This document shows, piece by piece, positions 57,110 to 64,000 of a DNA stretch of 64,000 nucleotides. The stretch is from Polyangiaceae bacterium (GTDB taxonomy: Bacteria; Desulfobacterota; Binatia; UTPRO1): NCBI GenBank assembly GCA_031400185.1, contig JANNPN010000182.1:5895-69894 (forward strand), in the 5' to 3' direction. The position numbers and the translations under genes are program-made. The notes under the pieces are model-generated. The model saw only the letters and a program-made list of their open reading frames with translations, did no database searches and was not told the origin of the DNA. The number at the start of each line of letters is the position of its first letter. Position 1 is the first letter of the stretch.

Positions 57110-58489
57110 ATGCAACCGGATCTGAATCGCGTCATCGAGCAAGTGAGTAAGGAAAAGGGCATCGACAAGGGCATCATCATCGCCGCTCTCGAAGAAGCCA
57201 TGCTCTCGGCGGCGCGCCGCACGTTCGGCCTCGAGCATCAGATCGAGGCCAAGTTCAATGCCGAGATCGGCGAGGTCGAGCTATTCGAGATCAAGACGGT
57301 CGTCGATGAGGTCACCGATGCGTCGAATCAGGTCACGCTGAAGGATGCGAAGGCGACGCTCGACCCCGAGGCCGAAGTCGGCGACGAGCTGTTGTCGAAG
57401 CTCTCGCAGGAGAAGTTCGGTCGCATCGCGGCGCAGGCCGCCAAGCAGAACATCATCCAGAAGGTCCGCGAGGCCGAGCGGACGATCATCTTCAACGAGT
57501 TCAAGGACCGCAAGGGAGAGCTCTTTTCCGGCATCGTGCAGCGTTTCGAGCGCAAGAACATCATCGTGAACCTCGGCCGTACCGACGCGATCCTACCCGA
57601 GAAGGAGCAGATCCCGCGTGAGCGCTACCGGCAGGGCGACCGCATCCGCGCCTACATCCTCGACGTCGAGCTCACGAGCAAAGGTCCGCAGATCGTTCTT
57701 TCGCGGACCCATCCGGGCCTGCTCATCAAACTCTTCGAGCAGGAAGTGCCCGAAATTTACGAGGGCATCGTCGAAGTGAAGGGTGCCGCGCGCGAGCCGG
57801 GCGGGCGGGCGAAGATCGCGGTGTACTCCAACGATCGCGACGTCGATCCCGTCGGCGCGTGCGTCGGCATGCGCGGCACGCGCGTCCAGTCGGTCGTCCA
57901 GGAGCTGCGCGGCGAAAAGATCGACATCGTGCCGTGGATCCAGGACCAGCCCGAGTATGTCTGCCGCGCGCTGTCGCCGGCCAAGGTGTCGAAGATCATC
58001 ATGGACGAGGACGAGCGCGCCATGGAGGTGATCGTGCCCGACGATCAGCTCTCGCTCGCAATCGGCAAGAAGGGGCAGAACGTCCGTCTGGCGTCGCGCC
58101 TGACGGGCTGGCGTCTCGACGTGAAGGGTGAGGCCGAGGCGGAGGAGGAAGCACGGAACGCGCGGCAGTCGCTGATGGCGGTCCCCGGGATCGGTGACGT
58201 GACGGCCGAGCTGCTCTATCAGGACGGGTTCAAATCCGCCGAGGAGCTCGCGAGTGCCGATGTGGACCGTGTCGGGCAGGTCGAAGGCGTGAGCAGCGAC
58301 AAGGCGTCGGGCATCGTCAAGTCCGCCCAGGAGCACGTCGCGCAGAAGCGCATCGAGGCCGAGGCGCGCGCCGCCGAAGACGCGGCCGCAGCCGAGAACG
58401 CGGCGCTCGAAGCGGCGGCGGCGTTCGCGGCGAGCGCAGAGCCCGGCACTGCAAAGACGACAGAAGGTGAAGGCGCAGACGAAGCGTGA
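57110..58489 (+). CDS. nusA: transcription termination/antitermination factor NusA
   Basis: S1 and KH domains (FSGIVQRFERKNIIVNLG; GACVGMRGTRVQSV). Acidic C-terminal repeat. Confidence 0.95.
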   Translation: MQPDLNRVIEQVSKEKGIDKGIIIAALEEAMLSAARRTFGLEHQIEAKFNAEIGEVELFEIKTVVDEVTDASNQVTLKDAKATLDPEAEVGDELLSKLSQEKFGRIAAQAAKQNIIQKVREAERTIIFNEFKDRKGELFSGIVQRFERKNIIVNLGRTDAILPEKEQIPRERYRQGDRIRAYILDVELTSKGPQIVLSRTHPGLLIKLFEQEVPEIYEGIVEVKGAAREPGGRAKIAVYSNDRDVDPVGACVGMRGTRVQSVVQELRGEKIDIVPWIQDQPEYVCRALSPAKVSKIIMDEDERAMEVIVPDDQLSLAIGKKGQNVRLASRLTGWRLDVKGEAEAEEEARNARQSLMAVPGIGDVTAELLYQDGFKSAEELASADVDRVGQVEGVSSDKASGIVKSAQEHVAQKRIEAEARAAEDAAAAENAALEAAAAFAASAEPGTAKTTEGEGADEA

Positions 58490-58491
58490 AC

Positions 58492-58752
58492 ATGCACGAA
58501 CCGATCCGAACCTGCCTGGGATGTCGTCGGCGCGACGCGCGGTCCGCACTCGTGCGTCTGGTGACGCGTCAGGGGATCCTCGTCGTGGATCGCGCGAGTC
58601 GCCTCGGTGGTCGCGGCGGCTACGTGCACGCGGCCGATGCGTGCATCGAGACGTTCGCGCGCCGAGGCGGGTTTGTGCGCTCGTTCCGTTGCATGGTAGC
58701 TAAACCCGAGCGCGAAAGGTTTCGTGCCCGTTTCCCGGAGGTGCATGCTTGA
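58492..58752 (+). CDS. ylxR: YlxR/DUF448 family RNA-binding protein
   Basis: [19 protein letters not shown]... between nusA and infB. A GTG at 58486 is an alternative start. Confidence 0.8.
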   Translation: MHEPIRTCLGCRRRDARSALVRLVTRQGILVVDRASRLGGRGGYVHAADACIETFARRGGFVRSFRCMVAKPERERFRARFPEVHA

Positions 58753-61508
58753 TCGGGAAGAAGCGCATCCACGAGCTCGCGAAGGACTGGGACGTTCCTG
58801 TGAAGGACGTGCTCGCCAAGATCGAAAAGCTCGGGATTCGAAACAAGAAATCGCAGAGTTCTCTCTCCGACGAGCAGGTCCCGCGCGTCCGCGAGGCCCT
58901 GGGCTTGCGCGACAAGGCGTCCGTTGCGATCGGCACCGAGCGTGTCGTGTCGGAACGCGCCGGCGAGCAGGTCGTCGAGAATCGCGTCGGCACGAACCTC
59001 ATCCGTCGGCGCACCAAGCAGGTCGAGGCGCCGAAACGCGAAGAAGTCGCGATCGAGCCTCTCCCTGACGTCTCGGCGACGCTGGCACCGGTCGAGATGC
59101 CGGTCGTCGAGAGCCCCCCGGTCGAGTTCATGCCGCTGGTCGAACCGCCGCCGGTCATGGAGCCAGAGCCGACGCTGCCCGAGATCGGTGAGATCGAGCA
59201 GGAGTTCTTGAACGCGAGCGCTGCTGCCGCGGCGGCGGACGCCGCGGCGGCGGCCGCCGCCGCGGCCGCCGAAGCAGAGGCGCAAGCGGCCGTTGAACGC
59301 GCCGCTGCCGAGCAGGCCGCGGCGGCCGAGGTCGAGGTCGAGGTCGCCGTGGCAACGCCCGCGCGTCGCGAGGGCGAGCCGCAGCAGGTGCGTGTGCTCG
59401 GTCGCATCGATCTCAAGAAGGCGGCCGCGCCGCCGCCGCCGCGACCCGCGGCGCGTCGCACGGACGCGCCGGCGACGACCCGCCCGGCCCCCGGCACGCC
59501 CGCTGCTCCTGAGGCGCCGAAGAAAGAGAACGAGTTCGCCAAGAAGGCGGGCAGCAAGAAGCGCAAGGTCATCAAAAAGACCGACATGCTCGAGACGCTT
59601 GAGCGCGATCGGCGTCCGGGAAAGCTGCGTCGCAAGAAGCGCGCGCTGCCCGGGAAGGAGCAACACCACACCGAGATCACGACGCCGAAGGCCAGCAAGC
59701 GTGTGGTCAAGATCTCCGAGGCCATCACGGTCGGCGATCTGGCGAAGGCGATCGGCGTCAAGTCGGGCGAGGTCATCCGGAAGCTCATGGACATGGGCAT
59801 GATGACCACCGTCAATCAGGTGCTCGATGTCGACACCGCGACCCTCGTCGCGGCGGAGTTCGACTACACGGTCGAGAATGTCGCCCTGAACGTCGAGTCC
59901 CTGCTCGAGGTCGCGGTTGAAGAGGATGGCGGAGAAGGGGAGCGCTCGCCGCGGCCGCCCGTCGTGACTATCATGGGCCACGTCGACCACGGCAAGACGT
60001 CGCTCCTCGACGCGATCCGCGAAGCCAACGTCACGGCGGGCGAGGCCGGCGGCATCACACAGCACATCGGCGCGTACTCGGTGCAGGTGAACGACCGCCG
60101 CGTCGCGTTCCTCGATACCCCGGGCCACGAAGCGTTCACCGCCATGCGTGCCCGCGGCGCGAAGGTCACGGACCTGGTCGTGCTCGTCGTCGCGGCCGAC
60201 GACGGCATCATGCCGCAGACCCAGGAGGCGATCGATCACGCCCGCGCCGCCGAGGTGCCGATCATCGTCGCCGTCAACAAGATCGACAAGCCCGAGGCCG
60301 ACCTCGACCGGGTGACGCGCGAGCTCGGCAACTTCGGGTTGGCGCCGGAAGACTGGGGCGGCGATACGATCGTCGTGCCCGTCTCTGCGAAGACGCGGCA
60401 AGGCATTCCACAGCTCCTCGAGATGCTCTTGCTCCAAGCCGACGTGCTCGAGCTGACCGCCCGAACCGATCGGCGCGCTCGCGGCACGATCATCGAGGCG
60501 AAGCTCGACCGCGGCCGGGGTCCTGTCGCGACGGTGCTCGTGCAGGAGGGAACGCTCAAGGTAGGGGACGCGTTCGTCTGCGGCCTCGAATACGGCCGCA
60601 TCCGCGCGATGATCGACGACACCGGTCGGAAGGTCGACCAGGCGGGACCGTCGACGCCCGTCGAGATACTCGGCCTGACCGGCGTTCCAGCGGCGGGCGA
60701 TACCTTCGTCGCCGTGTCCGACGAGGCAAAGGCGCGCCAGGTCGCCGAGCACCGTCGCGCGAAGCAGCGCGAGAGCGAGCTCGCCACGACGAGCAAGGTT
60801 TCGCTCGAGGACCTCTACTCGCAGATTCAGGCGGGCGGCGTGAAAGAGCTTAAGCTCGTGCTCAAGGCCGACGTCCAGGGCTCGGTCGAGGCGATCCGCG
60901 ACGCGCTCACACGTCTCGGTACAGACGAGGTCAAGCTCACCGTCATCCACGCCTCCGTCGGCGGCATCACCGAGTCCGACGTCCTCCTCGCGGCGGCGTC
61001 GAACGCGATCGTCATCGGGTTCAATGTCCGGCCGGAGTCGAAGGCGGCGGACCTCGCGGGTCGCGAGGGTGTCGACATCCGGCTCTACAACATCATCTAC
61101 GAGGTCGTGAGCGACATCCGCGACGCGCTCGAGGGTCTCCTCGAGCCGACGCTCCGCGAGCGCATTCTCGGACGCGCCGAGGTGCGGCAGGTCTTCAGCA
61201 TCCCGAGCGCTGGGCGAATTGCCGGTTGCTTCATCGTCGACGGTAAGATGCAACGCGGCGGGAAGGCGCGGCTCGTACGCGACCACGTCGTCGTGTACGA
61301 CGGTAAGATCGATACGCTGCGGCGCTTCAAGGACGACGCTCGCGAGGTCGCGGCGGGCTACGAGTGCGGGCTCGGCCTCGAGAACTTCCAGGACGTCAAG
61401 GAAGGAGACGTGGTCGAGGCGTACGACATCGAAGCGGTCGCCCGGCAGCTGGCACCGTCGACGCGGTCCATCGGCGGTACGCAGGCGTCCGCCGAACGGC
61501 GGGTCTAA
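58749..61508 (+). CDS. infB: translation initiation factor IF-2
   Basis: The TTG start overlaps the ylxR stop. The GTP-binding domain carries [20 protein letters not shown] and NKIDK. An Ala/Glu/Pro-rich linker is present. Confidence 0.95.
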   Translation: MIGKKRIHELAKDWDVPVKDVLAKIEKLGIRNKKSQSSLSDEQVPRVREALGLRDKASVAIGTERVVSERAGEQVVENRVGTNLIRRRTKQVEAPKREEVAIEPLPDVSATLAPVEMPVVESPPVEFMPLVEPPPVMEPEPTLPEIGEIEQEFLNASAAAAAADAAAAAAAAAAEAEAQAAVERAAAEQAAAAEVEVEVAVATPARREGEPQQVRVLGRIDLKKAAAPPPPRPAARRTDAPATTRPAPGTPAAPEAPKKENEFAKKAGSKKRKVIKKTDMLETLERDRRPGKLRRKKRALPGKEQHHTEITTPKASKRVVKISEAITVGDLAKAIGVKSGEVIRKLMDMGMMTTVNQVLDVDTATLVAAEFDYTVENVALNVESLLEVAVEEDGGEGERSPRPPVVTIMGHVDHGKTSLLDAIREANVTAGEAGGITQHIGAYSVQVNDRRVAFLDTPGHEAFTAMRARGAKVTDLVVLVVAADDGIMPQTQEAIDHARAAEVPIIVAVNKIDKPEADLDRVTRELGNFGLAPEDWGGDTIVVPVSAKTRQGIPQLLEMLLLQADVLELTARTDRRARGTIIEAKLDRGRGPVATVLVQEGTLKVGDAFVCGLEYGRIRAMIDDTGRKVDQAGPSTPVEILGLTGVPAAGDTFVAVSDEAKARQVAEHRRAKQRESELATTSKVSLEDLYSQIQAGGVKELKLVLKADVQGSVEAIRDALTRLGTDEVKLTVIHASVGGITESDVLLAAASNAIVIGFNVRPESKAADLAGREGVDIRLYNIIYEVVSDIRDALEGLLEPTLRERILGRAEVRQVFSIPSAGRIAGCFIVDGKMQRGGKARLVRDHVVVYDGKIDTLRRFKDDAREVAAGYECGLGLENFQDVKEGDVVEAYDIEAVARQLAPSTRSIGGTQASAERRV

Positions 61509-61546
61509 GCACAGCGTCGTGAAGCGCGTGTCGAACCGGCACGCGC

Positions 61547-61849
61547 ATGTTCGGATCGGTCGTGACCGTCGGCGTCCTACGTCTCACGCTGTACCTGCAC
61601 GAGAACCACTCGCTGAAGGGGAAGCGCAGCGTCCTGCGTACGATCAAGGCGCGCATTCGCAACAAGTTCAACGTCTCGATCGCTGAGGCCGACGACCACG
61701 ATCTCTGGCAACGCGCCGTACTGGGCATCAGCCAGGTCGGCACCGACCAAGCCTTCGTCGACGGCGCGCTTCGCGAAGTCGTGCGCTGCATCGACGACAT
61801 GCACATCGCCGAGCTCGGCGAAGAGCAGCTCGAGTTCCTGCACTACTGA
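61547..61849 (+). CDS. DUF503 family protein (YlxP-like)
   Basis: 100 aa between infB and rbfA, matching the conserved synteny. Confidence 0.85.
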   Translation: MFGSVVTVGVLRLTLYLHENHSLKGKRSVLRTIKARIRNKFNVSIAEADDHDLWQRAVLGISQVGTDQAFVDGALREVVRCIDDMHIAELGEEQLEFLHY

Positions 61850-61854
61850 CGCAA

Positions 61855-62223
61855 ATGTCCGGACATCGTACCGATCGCGTGGGAGCGCTGCTGCAAGCAG
61901 CGCTGTCGGAGCTCGTGCTCCGCGGCGTGAAGGATCCGCGGATCGGCATGGTGACGTTCACCGGCGTGAAGCTCTCACCTGACCTGAAGCACGCGACGGT
62001 GTATGTCTCGACGCTCGGCGACGACGCGGCGCACGCGCGCATGCTCGCGGGGCTCGCGAGCGCGCGTCCGTATCTGCAATCCCAGGCGGGACGACGGCTC
62101 GGCTTGCGATTCACTCCCGAGCTGCGTTTCGAGGTCGACCCCGCGATCGCCGCGGCTGAGCGGGTGGAGCAGTTGCTGCGCGAGGTGGAGACGAAGCGCC
62201 CGGCGGACGACGACGATGCGTGA
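61855..62223 (+). CDS. rbfA: ribosome-binding factor A
   Basis: RVGALLQAALSELVLRGVKDPRIGMVTFTGVKLSPDLKHATVYVS. Confidence 0.9.
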   Translation: MSGHRTDRVGALLQAALSELVLRGVKDPRIGMVTFTGVKLSPDLKHATVYVSTLGDDAAHARMLAGLASARPYLQSQAGRRLGLRFTPELRFEVDPAIAAAERVEQLLREVETKRPADDDDA

Positions 62224-63148
62224 ACGCGGGCCCGAGTTGCACGGTCTCCTGCTCGTCGACAAGCCAGAGGGGATGACCTCGGCCGCCGTGGTCGCGAACG
62301 TCAAGCGTACGCTTCGGCAGCGGAAGGTCGGCCATCTCGGGACCCTCGATCCGTTCGCGACGGGACTCTTGCCCGTCTGCATCGGCGAAGGGACGAAGAT
62401 CGCGCCATTCCTCGCGGAGGATGAGAAGCGATACGTTGGAGAGATCGTGCTCGGCGTCGCGACCGACACGCTCGACCGCACGGGGACGGTGCAAGATCGG
62501 CGCGCCGTGCCGGTATTGTGCAGCGCGCGAGTCGCTGCGGCCGTCGCGGCGCTCCGCGGCGACATTCTTCAGATCCCACCGATGTACTCGGCCCTGAAGC
62601 GCGACGGGGTGCCGCTGTATCGCCTTGCCCGCGCCGGACAGACCATCGAACGGACGCCGCGGCCGGTGCGGATTGCCCGCTTCGACGTGGCGCAGACGGC
62701 GGCCAATCGCCTCGCCTTCGCCGTCACGTGCTCGCGCGGTACGTACGTGCGTGTGCTCGCGCACGACGTGGGCGAGGCGCTCGGGACCGGTGCCCATCTC
62801 GGCACGCTCCGCCGCACGGCCTGCGGGCGGTTCGAGGTGCGCGACGCGGTCCGTCTCGCCGACCTGGAGCGTGTGGCCGCCGAGGGGAACCTCCCGCTCC
62901 TCACGCCGTCCGCGGCGCTCGCCAGCCTTCGTGCGGTCGAAGTCGATCAGCAGACCATCGTGGCGATCCGGCGGGGTCAGCAGCGGGCGCTTGCGGCGCT
63001 CGGAGTGCCTCGGCGCGCCGGAGAGATGATTCGTGTCGCGAGCCGGGCAGGGGACCTCGTCGCGGTCGCGGCGGCGACGGCCGACGGCACCGCCTGGCAC
63101 TTGGCGCGGGTGCTGGTGGGCGCCGACGTCGACGGCAGTGCCGCATGA
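62216..63148 (+). CDS. truB: tRNA pseudouridine(55) synthase
   Basis: [17 protein letters not shown]...[25 protein letters not shown], with the catalytic Asp in TLDP. Confidence 0.9.
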   Translation: MRERGPELHGLLLVDKPEGMTSAAVVANVKRTLRQRKVGHLGTLDPFATGLLPVCIGEGTKIAPFLAEDEKRYVGEIVLGVATDTLDRTGTVQDRRAVPVLCSARVAAAVAALRGDILQIPPMYSALKRDGVPLYRLARAGQTIERTPRPVRIARFDVAQTAANRLAFAVTCSRGTYVRVLAHDVGEALGTGAHLGTLRRTACGRFEVRDAVRLADLERVAAEGNLPLLTPSAALASLRAVEVDQQTIVAIRRGQQRALAALGVPRRAGEMIRVASRAGDLVAVAAATADGTAWHLARVLVGADVDGSAA

Positions 63149-63215
63149 ACGCGCGCCCGCTGACTTTACATTATGGGACCCCCATGGTACTGCTTCGCCC
63201 CTGACGAGAAACGAC

Positions 63216-63497
63216 ATGGGAGAAGGAACGAGCGGCGCGGCATTGCGCACCCAGGGAATCCTGACGTCGTACCGACGGCACGACACCGACACCGGTTCGC
63301 CCGAGGTACAGATCGCATTGCTGAGTGACCGCATCGGGTATTTGACCGAACACTTCAAGGCCCACGCCAAGGATCATCACTCGCGTCGCGGCCTGTTGAA
63401 GCTCGTGGGGCAGCGGCGGCGGTTGCTGGATTACCTGAAGCGCATCGATTTCCAGCGCTACAAAACCGTCATCGAACGCCTCAACATCCGCAAGTAG
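63216..63497 (+). CDS. rpsO: 30S ribosomal protein S15
   Basis: [52 protein letters not shown]. Confidence 0.9.
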   Translation: MGEGTSGAALRTQGILTSYRRHDTDTGSPEVQIALLSDRIGYLTEHFKAHAKDHHSRRGLLKLVGQRRRLLDYLKRIDFQRYKTVIERLNIRK

Positions 63498-63554
63498 TAG
63501 TCTTTCCCTTCCCGCCCGTCTCAGTTTCTCGCCTCGCATCACACACACATCTTC

Positions 63555-63585
63555 AGGGACAGTCCCATCGTGGGACGGGAGTGGG
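63555..63585 (+). promoter_or_regulatory. hairpin in the rpsO-pnp intergenic leader (GTCCCA-tcg-TGGGAC) adjacent to the pnp RBS
   Basis: A perfect 6-bp inverted repeat with a 3-nt loop at 63562-63576, preceded by a polypyrimidine tract. The pnp RBS GGGAGTGGGAAAG follows. Confidence 0.4.
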
Positions 63586-63589
63586 AAAG

Positions 63590-64000
63590 ATGAAAAAAGT
63601 CACGGTCGATTTTCACGGACGGGCTCTGTCGATCGAGGTCGGGCGCATGGCGAAGCAGGCCGGCGGCTCCGCGCTGGTCCAGTACGGGGACACGGTGGTG
63701 CTGGTCACCGCTACCGCCGCCAGGGAAGCACGTGAGAACATCGATTTCTTTCCGCTCACCTGCGACTACCAGGAGAAGACGTTCGCGGCCGGCAAGATTC
63801 CAGGTGGGTTCTTCAAGCGTGAGGGACGCCAGAGCGAGAAGGAGATCCTCAACTCGCGTCTCATAGACCGTCCCCTCCGCCCGCTCTTTCCCGAAGGTTT
63901 CCGCTGCGAGACGCAGATCGTTGCGACGGTGCTTTCGTTCGACAAGGAGAACGACGCCGACATGCCGGCGCTGATCGGTGCGTCGGCCGCGCTCGAGGTG
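63590..64000 (+). CDS. pnp: polyribonucleotide nucleotidyltransferase (PNPase), N-terminal part; 3' end outside window
   Basis: [41 protein letters not shown]...[28 protein letters not shown]. Confidence 0.95.
   Translation, partial: MKKVTVDFHGRALSIEVGRMAKQAGGSALVQYGDTVVLVTATAAREARENIDFFPLTCDYQEKTFAAGKIPGGFFKREGRQSEKEILNSRLIDRPLRPLFPEGFRCETQIVATVLSFDKENDADMPALIGASAALEV

Noticed and set aside
58620-61286. 888-aa minus-strand ORF opposite infB
   Set aside because: It is an antisense artefact of IF-2 coding sequence with a low-complexity Arg/Asp/Leu composition.

Overview
This is a 64-kb window of very high-GC (~70%) bacterial chromosome with densely packed genes. The organism is probably Gram-negative, because lpxD, lptE and murJ are present. 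It may be a Myxococcota, delta-proteobacterium or Rokubacteria-like lineage, but the sequence alone cannot settle that. I found no rRNA or tRNA genes, no CRISPR array and no intact mobile element.

About 40 kb are ordinary housekeeping genes in conserved orders:
- ctaA-ctaB, hisG-hisI, lpxD
- yceD-rpmF-fabD-fabG-acpP
- glyA-nrdR-ribD-ribBA-ribH-nusB-leuS-lptE-holA
- rpsT, murJ, mazG, grxC, purM-purN
- greA, then rimP-nusA-ylxR-infB-DUF503-rbfA-truB-rpsO-pnp

Two accessory-looking regions stand out.

(A) Positions 1..16691 form one uninterrupted plus-strand gene array with tight or overlapping junctions. It encodes:
- a nucleotide-sugar dehydrogenase, two GT4 glycosyltransferases and a GT2 polyprenol-phosphate (DPM1-like) glycosyltransferase
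- a membrane 'sulfatase-like' protein with Thr in the nucleophile position, and an NPP-type phosphodiesterase
- a PdxA-family dehydrogenase, a cyclase and a DUF1537 (OtnK-like) kinase
- SlyD and a small helix-turn-helix (HTH) protein
- two paralogous secreted proteins that share a duplicated cysteine-containing N-terminal module I do not recognise, followed by Big_2 (bacterial Ig-like group 2) repeats; the first paralog also carries a ~350-aa Pro/Thr-only linker.
I suspect this is a surface glycoconjugate or protein O-glycosylation system.

(B) Positions 41316..50010 hold a tightly coupled minus-strand operon: HAD phosphatase, NTP transferase, ATP-grasp-like protein, class-III aminotransferase, Gfo/Idh/MocA dehydrogenase, a fused nucleotidyltransferase-like/CDP-alcohol phosphatidyltransferase, and a small unknown protein. 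A second, divergent fusion protein of the same type and a lysyl-PG-synthase-like transmembrane (TM) flippase-domain protein flank it. This looks like a di-myo-inositol-phosphate-type (CDP-alcohol) pathway carrying an oxidation/transamination branch. I propose it makes an uncharacterised aminated phosphodiester head group or solute.

Smaller observations:
- an apparent 1-nt frameshift in a fadD-like acyl-CoA ligase
- small unannotated membrane ORFs
- tandem GCGCGC hairpins between convergent genes
- classical terminators after acpP and fadD
- the plsX-fabH and ribE genes expected inside their operons are absent from the window.
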